The translations under genes and the position numbers were made by a program. The notes under the pieces are model-generated. The model was not told the DNA's origin. It ran no database searches and saw only the letters and a program-made list of their open reading frames with translations. A stretch of 63,605 bases of DNA, the filler included, from Octopus bimaculoides (Eukaryota), in assembly GCF_001194135.2 (NCBI RefSeq). It is 5 parts of 5 records of this genome, joined end to end, with 100 filler letters (N's around TTAATTAATTAA, not from the genome) between each part and the next. Parts side by side here need not be neighbours in the genome. Positions count along the whole stretch, not along the records: positions 15,783 to 40,156 come from NC_068986.1; positions 40,257 to 51,392 come from NW_026353317.1; 3 more parts are not named here. One strand, 5' to 3'. Below, in pieces: positions 35,116 to 48,582 of the stretch. Position 1 is the first letter of the stretch. Every line of letters starts with the position of its first letter.

Positions 35116-36300
35116 TGGAGGAGACTTCAATCTGGCGCGATTTCGGACAAAGACTCGCTCTAGGTGGCTCATGCTAAGCCAGGTGGACCTGGCTAAGCAC
35201 TTGAGGGCCCAACTTGTCCGACGTGTGGCACACCTTGTGTCTGTTCAGGCAAAGTGGATTTCAAGGGAAGAATGAGCTAATGCACAACACAAACATTCGA
35301 TCACTATAAGCAAATCATTTATGCCACACGATGATATTAGGCCCTACTTACAGTAACTACTTCTAATCGACACCACAAAAAAATGAAGATAATATCAGCG
35401 GAACTCGAAATCGGAACCAAAGGACGTGCACTTAAAACACAGCTTGGCATTTATTCTGCTGTTGACCGACTTAATCAGACCAGTGCTTCTTTAGAAAATG
35501 AAAATAATAATTGATTTAATATCGTGATTAATATCGAGAATTTTTCCCCCCTCTCTTGCGCATTTACTTCTCATTAGAGATTCAATCCTCTGTGTATTAT
35601 ATATACATGTGTGTGTGTATGTGTGTGTGTGTGTGTNNNNNNNNNNNNNNNNNNNNNNNNNNNNNNNNNNNNNNNNNNNNNNNNNNNNNNNNNNNNNNNN
35701 NNNNNNNNNNNNNNNNNNNNNNNNNNNNNNNNNNNNNNNNNNNNNNNNNNNNNNNNNNNNNNNNNNNNNNNNNNNNNNNNNNNNNNNNNNNNNNNNNNNN
35801 NNNNNNNNNNNNNNNNNNNNNNNNNNNNNNNNNNNNNNNNNNNNNNNNNNNNNNNNNNNNNNNNNNNNNNNNNNNNNNNNNNNNNNNNNNNNNNNNNNNN
35901 NNNNNNNNNNNNNNNNNNNNNNNNNNNNNNNNNNNNNNNNNNNNNNNNNNNNNNNNNNNNNNNNNNNNNNNNNNNNNNNNNNNNNNNNNNNNNNNNNNNN
36001 NNNNNNNNNNNNNNNNNNNNNNNNNNNNNNNNNNNNNNNNNNNNNNNNNNNNNNNNNNNNNNNNNNNNNNNNNNNNNNNNNNNNNNNNNNNNNNNNNNNN
36101 NNNNNNNNNNNNNNNNNNNNNNNNNNNNNNNNNNNNNNNNNNNNNNNNNNNNNNNNNNNNNNNNNNNNNNNNNNNNNNNNNNNNNNNNNNNNNNNNNNNN
36201 NNNNNNNNNNNNNNNNNNNNNNNNNNNNNNNNNNNNNNNNNNNNNNNNNNNNNNNNNNNNNNNNNNNNNNNNNNNNNNNNNNNNNNNNNNNNNNNNNNNN

Positions 36301-36336
<36 letters not shown>

Positions 36337-37153
36337 AATACGTGCGCATGTGTGTGTATGTATGTGAATACTAGCTTACCTTACCTATCGAGAGCTAACT
36401 GACCCGCTCTGTAATTATAGCCTAAGAGCTCTATAAGCTATGGATATAACATTTAGGTATTTATAAAGAAGTGTCTTTGTTTTCAGGCTTAGAAAGATTG
36501 TGAAAGATTTATGTATGCAACTATGGATATGAAAAGAAAAAGAAAAATACGAGAAGAATTTTTACAATGCAAATACATTCATTAGTTATTACCGACATTT
36601 TTAATTCAGTTGTACTTTTTGTTGCCGTATTTTTCTCTATTTTTATTGTTATTTTCAATATTGTTTTCTGCGGAGATTAGTATCCATATTTGGTAGGATA
36701 AAGATTCTATTACGTTTATTTTCTTTGTTTGTTTTCCTTCTTTTTTTTTTCGTATTTTTACAGATTTCTTTTATCTTTTTTTATTTATTGCGTTGAAGAT
36801 AGAATTACAATATCTGAGTAGGAAGGTATTTATTTTGAAGTTCAATTAAAACAGTGTTGTTGATAAGCTGTATGGAACAGAAAGATCTTCGCATTTTACG
36901 GGATTAGTGGATATATACACATATACGTGCAAATACATACATACATACACAAACACTCAGATACACACACACACATATATATTTGCATGTATGTATGTAT
37001 ATATGTATGTATGTATGCATGTATTTGTATATATGTATACCTGCGTAAATATATATATATATTGCGTATGTGTACGCATGTATGTAGGTACGTATACGTA
37101 TGTATGTGTGCACGCATGTATGTATGATTGTACGTATGCATGTATGCATGCAT

Positions 37154-37480
37154 GTATTTGAGTGTTTATATGTGTATGTATTTACATATGTACGTATGTA
37201 CGCATATACGTATGTACGTATGTATGTATGTACGTACGTATGTATGCATGTATGTATGCATGTATTTGAGAGTCTGTATGTGTATGTATGTACATATGTG
37301 CGTATGTACGCATATATGTATGTACGTATGTATGTACGTATGTATGCATGTATCTATGTATGTATGTATGTATTTGAGTGTCTGTATGTGTATGTATGTA
37401 CATATGTACGTATGTGCGTATATATGTATGTACGCATGTATGTATATACGTATGTATGTATGTATGTATGTATGTATTGA
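37154..37480. repeat. 108-bp higher-order repeat built from TATG/TACG units (three copies)
   Basis: GTATTTGAG starts at 37154, 37262 and 37370. Confidence 0.85.
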
Positions 37481-38094
37481 TAGAAAAATTGAATTCGAAT
37501 GAGATAGAAGTGATACATAAGGGTCTTTTCCTTATATTTTTTAATGTATGTAAAGTTATACGTGTGTGTATATGTGTGCGTGTGTTTGTGTATGTATGTG
37601 TTTGTGTATATGTCTGTGTGTGTGTCTTTGTGTGTATATATAGGGGTGGGGAAAGAGTGGATGTCTATACGAATGTAATTGAAATCAATATTAATATATT
37701 CGCGTGGTAGAGTAGTTAAGAAGTTCGTTTCACAACTATGAGATCTCGAGTTCGTTCCCACAGCGTGGCATCTTGGATAAATGTCTTTACCATAACTTTG
37801 GGTCGACCCATGCTTCGTAAATAAAATCAAACATGCAGAAAATGTATGCCAGCGAATCGGATAGATTGTGCTACCAATTCAAATGTCCAGCTCTCTTACA
37901 TGATTTCGAACCCCAATTCAGATTGTAGATTACATAAAAGATTATGTATCCATGGAATACTCGGCCACTTATATATTCATTTAACGAGTCATTTAACGAA
38001 TCAGTTGATTGATCAACTGATTATTCATCGTCGAAATCGACGGAGAATACTGGTCCATCAATACATTGGTGTGATACTATAATAATATAAACTG

Positions 38095-38680
38095 TTCTTA
38101 TTAAGAGCATTAGACGTCCCTGTAAGAAAGCTAGCGAATGTGTACGGCAACAAAGACAAAAAAACGGAGCACATGCTACACAAAAAGACGAAAAATGGAG
38201 AACATGCTACACATTTACGAATACAAACAACAAGAAAATAATAACGGGTGTCTTTTGACTGAGAACTAATCAAATTGAGCTGGCGTGTATGAAGGGAAAC
38301 ATAGACGATGGACACAAGAGGTGTTGACGGTCGGCAGTCAAGTCAAGAAAGAAAGATCATGGCTGGCCGGACACCGGTCACATGGAAGAAGGAGAGATGG
38401 GTAGAGGACAGCGGGATTGAAGGATTAGAAAAAAATCAGAGGCAAAGGGAAAGGTACAGGGATGATAAACGAGTGTGAAATAGTGGGAGCCAAAGAAAGA
38501 GAGGGCCAAGAAATGTGAAAGAGAGGGGTGCGAGAAAGAGAAAAAATGAAGAAAGTAAGAGAGAATAAAAGATAGAGTAAGAGTCGTACAAAATTTAGAT
38601 ACATACCTACTATAAGGTGAGCACAAAGGTGTACATACGCCGCTATATGTATATATAAATATAAAAATGGAACAAAAACG
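38095..38680 (-). repeat. Repeat family E, inverted and diverged copy
   Basis: Reverse complement contains TATAGCGGCGTATGTACACC, TTGTACGACTCT, ACACGCCAGCTCAATT and CATTCGCT..GCTTTCTT, all seen at 30085-30690. Confidence 0.8.
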
Positions 38681-39565
38681 CAATAGAGTACAATAANNNN
38701 NNNNNNNNNNNNNNNNNNNNNNNNNNNNNNNNNNNNNNNNNNNNNNNNNNNNNNNNNNNNNNNNNNNNNNNNNNNNNNNNNNNNNNNNNNNNNNNNNNNN
38801 NNNNNNNNNNNNNNNNNNNNNNNNNNNNNNNNNNNNNNNNNNNNNNNNNNNNNNNNNNNNNNNNNNNNNNNNNNNNNNNNNNNNNNNNNNNNNNNNNNNN
38901 NNNNNNNNNNNNNNNNNNNNNNNNNNNNNNNNNNNNNNNNNNNNNNNNNNNNNNNNNNNNNNNNNNNNNNNNNNNNNNNNNNNNNNNNNNNNNNNNNNNN
39001 NNNNNNNNNNNNNNNNNNNNNNNNNNNNNNNNNNNNNNNNNNNNNNNNNNNNNNNNNNNNNNNNNNNNNNNNNNNNNNNNNNNNNNNNNNNNNNNNNNNN
39101 NNNNNNNNNNNNNNNNNNNNNNNNNNNNNNNNNNNNNNNNNNNNNNNNNNNNNNNNNNNNNNNNNNNNNNNNNNNNNNNNNNNNNNNNNNNNNNNNNNNN
39201 NNNNNNNNNNNNNNNNNNNNNNNNNNNNNNNNNNNNNNNNNNNNNNNNNNNNNNNNNNNNNNNNNNNNNNNNNNNNNNNNNNNNNNNNNNNNNNNNNNNN
39301 NNNNNNNNNNNNNNNNNNNNNNNNNNNNNNNNNNNNNNNNNNNNNNNNNNNNNNNNNNNNNNNNNNNNNNNNNNNNNNNNNNNNNNNNNNNNNNNNNNNN
39401 NNNNNNNNNNNNNNNNNNNNNNNNNNNNNNNNNNNNNNNNNNNNNNNNNNNNNNNNNNNNNNNNNNNNNNNNNNNNNNNNNNNNNNNNNNNNNNNNNNNN
39501 NNNNNNNNNNNNNNNNNNNNNNNNNNNNNNNNNNNNNNNNNNNNNNNNNNNNNNNNNNNNNNNNN

Positions 39566-39610
<45 letters not shown>

Positions 39611-39632
39611 ATGGTGGTGGTGGTAGTAGTAA

Positions 39633-39664
<32 letters not shown>

Positions 39665-39727
39665 ATGGTGGTGGTGGTAGTAGTAGTAGTAGTAGTGATG
39701 GTGGTGGTAGTAGTAGTAGTAGTGATG

Positions 39728-39766
<39 letters not shown>

Positions 39767-39769
39767 ATG

Positions 39770-39811
<42 letters not shown>

Positions 39812-40156
39812 AGAAAAGGGGCAGCTCGATGTCGTTTGAGGCAAGTGTTTATTTAGCTTGTTAGTCGCAGACTTATCTCGTATAATACAAAGAGCATTGG
39901 TCTTAGATAAGGACTAGGATATATGTGTGTAGTTAAAGCATTGCAGAACAATTGCGTATACGTGTGTCTTGCATCGGATTATCAGAGAGAGCGGATTATC
40001 AGACCGATAGATAACGAGCCGAGAATTTGTACCATGTCTCCGGCACTGCATTGTATCATTAGACAAATACATTTCAATCGGTCGATTCCATCTAGCTCTT
40101 AGCTATTATTGTTGATCTTAATGTTGTTATTGCTGTGTATGGTGGTGGTGGTGGTG

Positions 40157-40256
40157 NNNNNNNNNNNNNNNNNNNNNNNNNNNNNNNNNNNNNNNNNNNN
40201 TTAATTAATTAANNNNNNNNNNNNNNNNNNNNNNNNNNNNNNNNNNNNNNNNNNNN
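40157..40256. other. Artificial scaffold-join spacer
   Basis: 44 N + TTAATTAATTAA + 44 N. Confidence 0.9.
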
Positions 40257-40277
40257 TATTATTACTACTATTATTAC

Positions 40278-40313
<36 letters not shown>

Positions 40314-41007
40314 GGTTACTATTGTTATTATTACTATGACTATAATAATACGTGCTACTATTATTATCATCATCATCATTATTGTAGTTATTAGTGTTAT
40401 TCTTACTATTGTTATGGTTAATTTGTTTTGTTTTTTTTCGTTGCTGTTTTGGTTGATTTGTTTTGCTATTGTGGGGTTTTTTTTGTCGGTTTTGTGTTTT
40501 GTTACGTATTTATTATATAGTTCTTATTTTGTTGTTATTCTTTCGTTTGTATTTTTAATGTAGTTTGTAAGGAAGAGAAAGTGGAAAGAGGCTTTTTGAA
40601 AAGATTTTCGGTTTCGTTTCGTTTCGTTTCGTTACGTGAGTTGGTTAATCTTTTGTATAAATCTTACTTATTTCTCTACCTCACTTAATGTCGTTTTGTA
40701 CATCTATAAATATACCTCAGCATACGTATATACAAATATGTACTTGCGTATTGATATATATCTCCCATATATTATAGATGTAAAGAGTTTGAGCGCGCGC
40801 TGGTCTTTGTGTATGTGTATGTGTGTGTATGTGTATGTGTGTGCATGTGTCTGCGTACTTGTATGCAAACATACACACGCAAACAAAAACATACATATAT
40901 ATTATCTGAATCAAAATTTAAATATTATTTATACTTATGCATAGTTGTACATATGTATATATGTGTGTGTCCGTGTATACACAATGCGTACGTACATAAA
41001 CACATAT

Positions 41008-41059
<52 letters not shown>

Positions 41060-41719
41060 NNNNNNNNNNNNNNNNNNNNNNNNNNNNNNNNNNNNNNNNN
41101 NNNNNNNNNNNNNNNNNNNNNNNNNNNNNNNNNNNNNNNNNNNNNNNNNNNNNNNNNNNNNNNNNNNNNNNNNNNNNNNNNNNNNNNNNNNNNNNNNNNN
41201 NNNNNNNNNNNNNNNNNNNNNNNNNNNNNNNNNNNNNNNNNNNNNNNNNNNNNNNNNNNNNNNNNNNNNNNNNNNNNNNNNNNNNNNNNNNNNNNNNNNN
41301 NNNNNNNNNNNNNNNNNNNNNNNNNNNNNNNNNNNNNNNNNNNNNNNNNNNNNNNNNNNNNNNNNNNNNNNNNNNNNNNNNNNNNNNNNNNNNNNNNNNN
41401 NNNNNNNNNNNNNNNNNNNNNNNNNNNNNNNNNNNNNNNNNNNNNNNNNNNNNNNNNNNNNNNNNNNNNNNNNNNNNNNNNNNNNNNNNNNNNNNNNNNN
41501 NNNNNNNNNNNNNNNNNNNNNNNNNNNNNNNNNNNNNNNNNNNNNNNNNNNNNNNNNNNNNNNNNNNNNNNNNNNNNNNNNNNNNNNNNNNNNNNNNNNN
41601 NNNNNNNNNNNNNNNNNNNNNNNNNNNNNNNNNNNNNNNNNNNNNNNNNNNNNNNNNNNNNNNNNNNNNNNNNNNNNNNNNNNNNNNNNNNNNNNNNNNN
41701 NNNNNNNNNNNNNNNNNNN

Positions 41720-41793
<74 letters not shown>

Positions 41794-42061
41794 TTATGTG
41801 TATAGCTATAGGCATATAAATATACGTGCATATATACATTTATATATACATTTGTATAAATATATATGTATATACATACATACATATATACATACATACA
41901 TACGTACGTACGTACATACGTATATCTGTTGTAGGTAGAGCAACACGAAATAATATATAAGTTACACAAATAATACAAATAAAACAAATAGAAGTATCAA
42001 AATGGCCAATTTCTGAACGGAATGGAATTTACCATTTTCTCACTACCCATTCCACTCTCAC

Positions 42062-42215
42062 CATACATTTATCCCATTGATCTCCATTACTGAATGCTCC
42101 AGAGGAAAATTTTTAGCGTTCCTACTTTGCTCTTTATATTTTTTTCCGTCTCTTCTCTTACTACCCAAGACTTTTCTCAGCTTGCTGGCATTTCTTTTAA
42201 TTCTTCGTAATCTCT
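42062..42215 (-). CDS. Candidate minus-strand exon (RLRRIKRNASKLRKVLGSKRRDGKKYKEQSRNAKNFPLEHSVMEINGINV)
   Basis: TTCTTCATAG acceptor, ATG|GTGAGA donor, 154 nt open; purine-rich composition makes a chance open frame plausible. Confidence 0.3.
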
Positions 42216-42407
42216 CTATGAAGAATTCTACCATGATATGATTTTTGTTGCTGATGTTTTTCTGGTTTTTGTTGTTAGAGTTTTTGTTTATTCTTATGTT
42301 GCATTTCTTTCTCCATTTTAGTTGATTATTAAAATATATACATGTATACATAATTTAAAGGTACGGGCGTATATACGTACATATGAAAGCACATATGCAC
42401 TATATAT

Positions 42408-42454
<47 letters not shown>

Positions 42455-44007
42455 TATATACATACATATACATATATACAAACACACGCACATATATATA
42501 ATACATATATACTTATATACCTAGATACATAACTTTTATGTATATATATATATGAACATATATATATGTATATGTATATATATTGATGGATGGATGGATG
42601 GATGGATGGATGGATATGTGTGTAAGTTTATGCTGGGTGTTTGAGTGAGTATATATGTATATATATACATATATATATATATANNNNNNNNNNNNNNNNN
42701 NNNNNNNNNNNNNNNNNNNNNNNNNNNNNNNNNNNNNNNNNNNNNNNNNNNNNNNNNNNNNNNNNNNNNNNNNNNNNNNNNNNNNNNNNNNNNNNNNNNN
42801 NNNNNNNNNNNNNNNNNNNNNNNNNNNNNNNNNNNNNNNNNNNNNNNNNNNNNNNNNNNNNNNNNNNNNNNNNNNNNNNNNNNNNNNNNNNNNNNNNNNN
42901 NNNNNNNNNNNNNNNNNNNNNNNNNNNNNNNNNNNNNNNNNNNNNNNNNNNNNNNNNNNNNNNNNNNNNNNNNNNNNNNNNNNNNNNNNNNNNNNNNNNN
43001 NNNNNNNNNNNNNNNNNNNNNNNNNNNNNNNNNNNNNNNNNNNNNNNNNNNNNNNNNNNNNNNNNNNNNNNNNNNNNNNNNNNNNNNNNNNNNNNNNNNN
43101 NNNNNNNNNNNNNAACTGCATATATATATGTATACACATATACACATGCATGCATACATATATACATATACATACGTATGCATATATATACATTTATCGT
43201 TTTCTTTTCATTCCAAATGTTGGTGAGTGTCCCCCATCCCACCTCCATCGGAGCCCATGTTCAATTATACATGTCACTAGATTTAAGTCTGAAGTGTGTG
43301 TGTGTGTGTCTATATGCGGCGTTTGTTTGGTTTAAAGCCGTTCTGTATGGTTATGCCGCTTAAGTTTGCAGTGTAGTGTAATGTTATTTAATTCACCATT
43401 TCATTAACTCTGCGTTCGTATTCACTGCGGGATATTCTAGTATGCTTCTTTTATTTATATTTATCTGCCTTTTTCTATTTTCTCTCCTTTTATATATATA
43501 ACACATAGCCTATTCAAACCCGTTCACACAGAAAAAAATAAACATTAACTATTTAACGATAAGAACTTAGTATTTAGACTGGCTAAAATCTTGCTATTAT
43601 TCACGTAATCCTTCTTAACTATAGGTCTTTTCTTTATAGGTGTTGGCACGGCCGTGTGGTTCAGAAGCTTGCTTTGTAACCAGGTTGTATTGTGTTCAGT
43701 TGCACTGTGCGGACTTTGGCCAAGCGTCTTTTATTATAACTCCAGGCCGGCTAATTTCTGTTTTGTAGAAATAAACACTGAGAGAATTTATATAGAAGTT
43801 CGTTTATTGAAAAATAAAAGTCACGACTAAAGAAGAATAAAAAGTAAAAAAACATAATGGCTAATTTGGCTGTAATTTGGCGCGTACTTCGAAATGCAAG
43901 ATTCATGTATCATCTATCATGTATCTTATTTTCTCAAAAAAAGGGATATGTTTTGACATGCTCAAAGGGAGGAAAATTGCTGTATCTATGTATGTATGTA
44001 TATATGG

Positions 44008-44388
44008 TGGAGGCGCAATGGCCCAGTGGTTAGGGCAGCGGACTCGCGGTCATAGGATCGTGGTTTCGACTCCCAGATCTGGCGTTGTGAGTGTTTATTG
44101 AGTGAAAACACCTAAAGCTCCACAAGGCTCTGGCAAGGGATGGTGGCGAACCCTGCTGTACTCTTCCAGCACAACTTTCTCTCACTTTTACATCCTGTTT
44201 CTGTTGTGCCTGTAATTCAAAGGGTCAGCCTTGTCACACTGTGTCACACTGAATATCCTCTGAGAACTACGTTAAGGGTACACGTGTCTGTGGAGTGCTC
44301 AGCCACTTGCACGTTAATTTCACGAGCAGGCTTTTCCGTTGATCAGATTAACTGGAACCCTCTACGTCGTGAGCAACGGAGTGCCAAC
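44008..44388 (+). mobile_element. SINE family A, full length
   Basis: TGGAGGCGCAATGGCCCAGTGG...GGTTTCGACTCCC...GGAGTGCCAAC. Confidence 0.9.
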
Positions 44389-45651
44389 ATGTATACATGT
44401 CACAAGATTCACTCTATGGTAAGACGTTTTATTCCCAACATTCAGTATTCTGCGTTCATTCCCACTGCTGGGCAACTTGAGCAAGTATTTTCTGCTACAG
44501 CCTCGGTCTGACCAAAGACTTGTTTGTGGATTTAGTAGGCGGAAACTAAAGGAAGCACGTCGATACTATGAGTCTGTATGTTTTGTGCCTGTATTTGTCC
44601 TTCACACCGCTTGATATCTCGGTCTGTTTATGTCCACTTAACTGAACGGTTCGGGAAAAACGACCTATATATACACTCATGTATATATATAAATCCAAGT
44701 GACAGTGTGTGAACGTCCCTATATGGATACATGTTTTTTATGCGTATATACATGTAAATATATGTGAGCATTTTCATGTTTGTATCTGGCCGCTTCAGAC
44801 AAATATCTGTTTAAATCTCGGTCTTTATCAGCGAGGATAGTGCTCATACAATGGTGAAATTCCAAATTTCAACATATCAGATAGCAACTAGAATGCATAT
44901 TTGACGCGCGATTAGCCAAAATATGTCCAGAGAAAAAAGAAAACACAACTTCTGTAATATTCAAATCAATTGTTAAGCTATTTCACTGAAATGCTTACGT
45001 TAAACAAAGCTTATGAAGGATAAATGTAGATAAGTATATATATATATATATATATATATATNNNNNNNNNNNNNNNNNNNNNNNNNNNNNNNNNNNNNNN
45101 NNNNNNNNNNNNNNNNNNNNNNNNNNNNNNNNNNNNNNNNNNNNNNNNNNNNNNNNNNNNNNNNNNNNNNNNNNNNNNNNNNNNNNNNNNNNNNNNNNNN
45201 NNNNNNNNNNNNNNNNNNNNNNNNNNNNNNNNNNNNNNNNNNNNNNNNNNNNNNNNNNNNNNNNNNNNNNNNNNNNNNNNNNNNNNNNNNNNNNNNNNNN
45301 NNNNNNNNNNNNNNNNNNNNNNNNNNNNNNNNNNNNNNNNNNNNNNNNNNNNNNNNNNNNNNNNNNNNNNNNNNNNNNNNNNNNNNNNNNNNNNNNNNNN
45401 NNNNNNNNNNNNNNNNNNNNNNNNNNNNNNNNNNNNNNNNNNNNNNNNNNNNNNNNNNNNNNNNNNNNNNNNNNNNNNNNNNNNNNNNNNNNNNNNNNNN
45501 NNNNNNNNNNNNNNNNNNNNNNNNNNNNNNNNNNNNNNNNNNNNNNNNNNNNNNNNNNNNNNNNNNNNNNNNNNNNNNNNNNNNNNNNNNNNNNNNNNNN
45601 NNNNNNNNNNNNNNNNNNNNNNNNNNNNNNNNNNNNNNNNNNNNNNNNNNN

Positions 45652-45682
<31 letters not shown>

Positions 45683-45802
45683 ATATTGATATGTAAATAT
45701 ATAAGTATACATACATATTTATATATACATGAGTAGACGTATATGTATATATATATTATCTATATAGGTGTGTATATATACATATATGTATATAAAGATA
45801 TG

Positions 45803-45839
<37 letters not shown>

Positions 45840-46065
45840 ATGTGTCTGTATGCATATATATATATACATATAGATAGATACATACATACATACATACATA
45901 CATAGACATATATAAACAGACATATATATATGTATGAACATATGCATTTATATATTACACTGCGACCACGAATATAACGATTTGTAATCACATCTATATA
46001 TCTATATATTCCCGTTAATGTATGTATCAACATAACTTTGCTGTACCTACCTTCGTTTATATCTT

Positions 46066-46101
<36 letters not shown>

Positions 46102-46559
46102 TTCCTCAGTGACTTAAGTGTCTGTAAGTGCAAGTGTGTGAGTGCATGTGTGTAAATAATTGGGTGTGTACACTACCATACCATCGTTCAGGTGAATGAC
46201 TAGTAGAAGCTGGTAAATCTTATTTCTACTACCTAGGTTAGATGGTTTAAGTCGTATGAAGTCAGAAGTGTAACTCTGTTTGATCTTATTTTCCTCATTG
46301 CATGGAAATATTGGGTTCACATCAGAAGCAATACACTGGCCAACTATTCTTGATGAACAAGTAGAGTATGTTCGGCATCGAGAAAGCAACAGGTTGTATA
46401 AGGAGACACCAAAAGAGTGGAAAGGTCAGACGCACATGTGAATCAAGAATTTTAAAGTAATAAAAGCCAGCATTGAAGCTTCACCACGGTGTGATACCTT
46501 AGCAATGGCTACGATTAACAGAAATCACCAGCAATTTGAGAAATTGATTCTATCGCATA

Positions 46560-47215
46560 AAGGAGTTATAACCTGTGAGATTCAGTCCAAGTAGACTAAG
46601 GTTTCAGTCTTTTATAGATGTTTCGTGAACGTTTGCAAGTCAGCAATCGATGTCCGATTTATACGAAACAAAAGTGGAATTCTACTGTGATCTGGTGAAA
46701 AGCGTATGGAGTGTATGCAGCTAGTGATGATGTCTTTCTTCCGAACTCGTGACTAGGAATGAAACGTGATGCACGTTGCCAAAGAGAATTGTGTGTTTCG
46801 CCAATACAATTCTCCTTGCAGTTTGGGCAAGGCAGTACATCAGATTCTCTTCCTTGCAGTTTGTTGTTATATGTTCCATATCTTTCTATCTCCACATTCT
46901 TTTACGAAGAATTCTGAATGATTCTCTGATGTGAATTTCGCCCTTCGAGATATTTTGAAGTATTTTTGGCTGGCGTTTTCTGTTTCATAAGAGGTGTTCA
47001 TCCACAAGGTCTCTTATTTTGTGACTGTGTAGATGTATTAGTAGGTTTGTTTTTACAGTATGGGAAAATGTTAGTCACTCAAGGACTGTGTGCGTGTTGG
47101 CAAACGGTGCTGCCCTGTTTCGTCGCTTTTATGATTCCATCATTTATTAGTTTGAAGGGGTAATTTAATTTTTTTAGGCAACTTTTGTGTTCATTAAGTC
47201 GGATTTTACGTAATT
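46560..47215 (-). mobile_element. Penelope-like element remnant (thumb plus GIY-YIG endonuclease)
   Basis: RLNEHKSCLKKLNYP, LINDGIIKA, CPNCKENCIGETHNSL, IYKRLKP; many stops and frameshifts. Confidence 0.8.
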
Positions 47216-48130
47216 TTGTATACATTACTGTATTACAGATATTTCTTATGTATATGTAAGTATTTGTATATCTACCGGAGTGACAGGGAAACTCAAGTTC
47301 CGAGAGGTTCGTGCTTTGGCACTTAAATGCATATATANNNNNNNNNNNNNNNNNNNNNNNNNNNNNNNNNNNNNNNNNNNNNNNNNNNNNNNNNNNNNNN
47401 NNNNNNNNNNNNNNNNNNNNNNNNNNNNNNNNNNNNNNNNNNNNNNNNNNNNNNNNNNNNNNNNNNNNNNNNNNNNNNNNNNNNNNNNNNNNNNNNNNNN
47501 NNNNNNNNNNNNNNNNNNNNNNNNNNNNNNNNNNNNNNNNNNNNNNNNNNNNNNNNNNNNNNNNNNNNNNNNNNNNNNNNNNNNNNNNNNNNNNNNNNNN
47601 NNNNNNNNNNNNNNNNNNNNNNNNNNNNNNNNNNNNNNNNNNNNNNNNNNNNNNNNNNNNNNNNNNNNNNNNNNNNNNNNNNNNNNNNNNNNNNNNNNNN
47701 NNNNNNNNNNNNNNNNNNNNNNNNNNNNNNNNNNNNNNNNNNNNNNNNNNNNNNNNNNATATATATATATATATATATATATACAGTCATACAGAATAAC
47801 AGACATATTAAAAAATATCCGTCTATTAGTGTACACATATATACAACTATATATGTATGCATATATATAGAGAGAGATATATGTTTAGTTCTAAACAAGT
47901 TTGACGTGTGCGCGTATGTTTATGTAAATTATAGATATATTAAAATACAATTACTTATATAATATACATATATAACTGTATTAACATATATATTTATTAA
48001 GAAGTATCCTGAATGTTTTGCATGTATTTCGTATATAGGGATTTATAGATGTTTTAAATTATGTATATATAATATTCAAGTACACACACATACATACATA
48101 GACACACACACACATACATACATAGACACA

Positions 48131-48175
<45 letters not shown>

Positions 48176-48274
48176 GAAAAACAAAAGGCTGGTAGTGGTG
48201 TGATCCTCTAGATGCAGAAGGATCTCTAGGGATAATCGAAGAAATGCATATAGATTCCTCCCTGAAGGGGACAC

Positions 48275-48425
48275 TTGTCCACTACAAGATTATTCATTTT
48301 TGGCAGCTGAGTGGACTGGAGCAACGTGAAATAAAGTGCTTTGCTCAAGAACACAGCGCGTCACCCGGTCCAGGAATCGAAACCACAATCTTACAATCAT
48401 GAGTCCGATACCGGAACCATTACGT
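48275..48425 (-). mobile_element. CORE-like SINE head
   Basis: CAGCTGAGTGGACTGGAGCAACGTGAAATAAAGTG..TTGCTCAAG..CACAGCGCGTCACCCGG as at 55750-55820. Confidence 0.85.
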
Positions 48426-48483
48426 CATTCTTCTCCCCATCAGTTTATTAAATAAAGGTAACAGATATCAGGGGAATACTGAA

Positions 48484-48500
48484 TGACGTCACATTCCAAT
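48484..48500 (+). promoter_or_regulatory. CRE palindrome (TGACGTCA) plus CCAAT
   Basis: Exact motifs at 48484-48491 and 48496-48500, about 50-60 bp upstream of a candidate ATG exon. Confidence 0.3.
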
Positions 48501-48546
48501 TCAGCGGTCAGCGAACCGGGGCAAACTACCTTAAGTGGAGGTAAAA

Positions 48547-48582
48547 ATGGAATCCTTGGGGGTCAATGAGGACACATTTAAC
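48547..48582 (+). CDS. Candidate first coding exon (MESLGVNEDTFN)
   Basis: AAAATGG start context, 12 codons, AAC|GTAAGT donor. Confidence 0.3.

Noticed and set aside
36375-36430. Minus-strand mini-exon (LIELLGYNYRAGQLALD) before a GTAAGG donor
   Set aside because: Too short to distinguish from chance, and no compatible partner exon was found
44008-44085. tRNA gene-like sequences in SINE heads (also 2620-2698, 24861, 55800)
   Set aside because: They keep only the A and B boxes, lack a proper acceptor stem and run directly into SINE bodies
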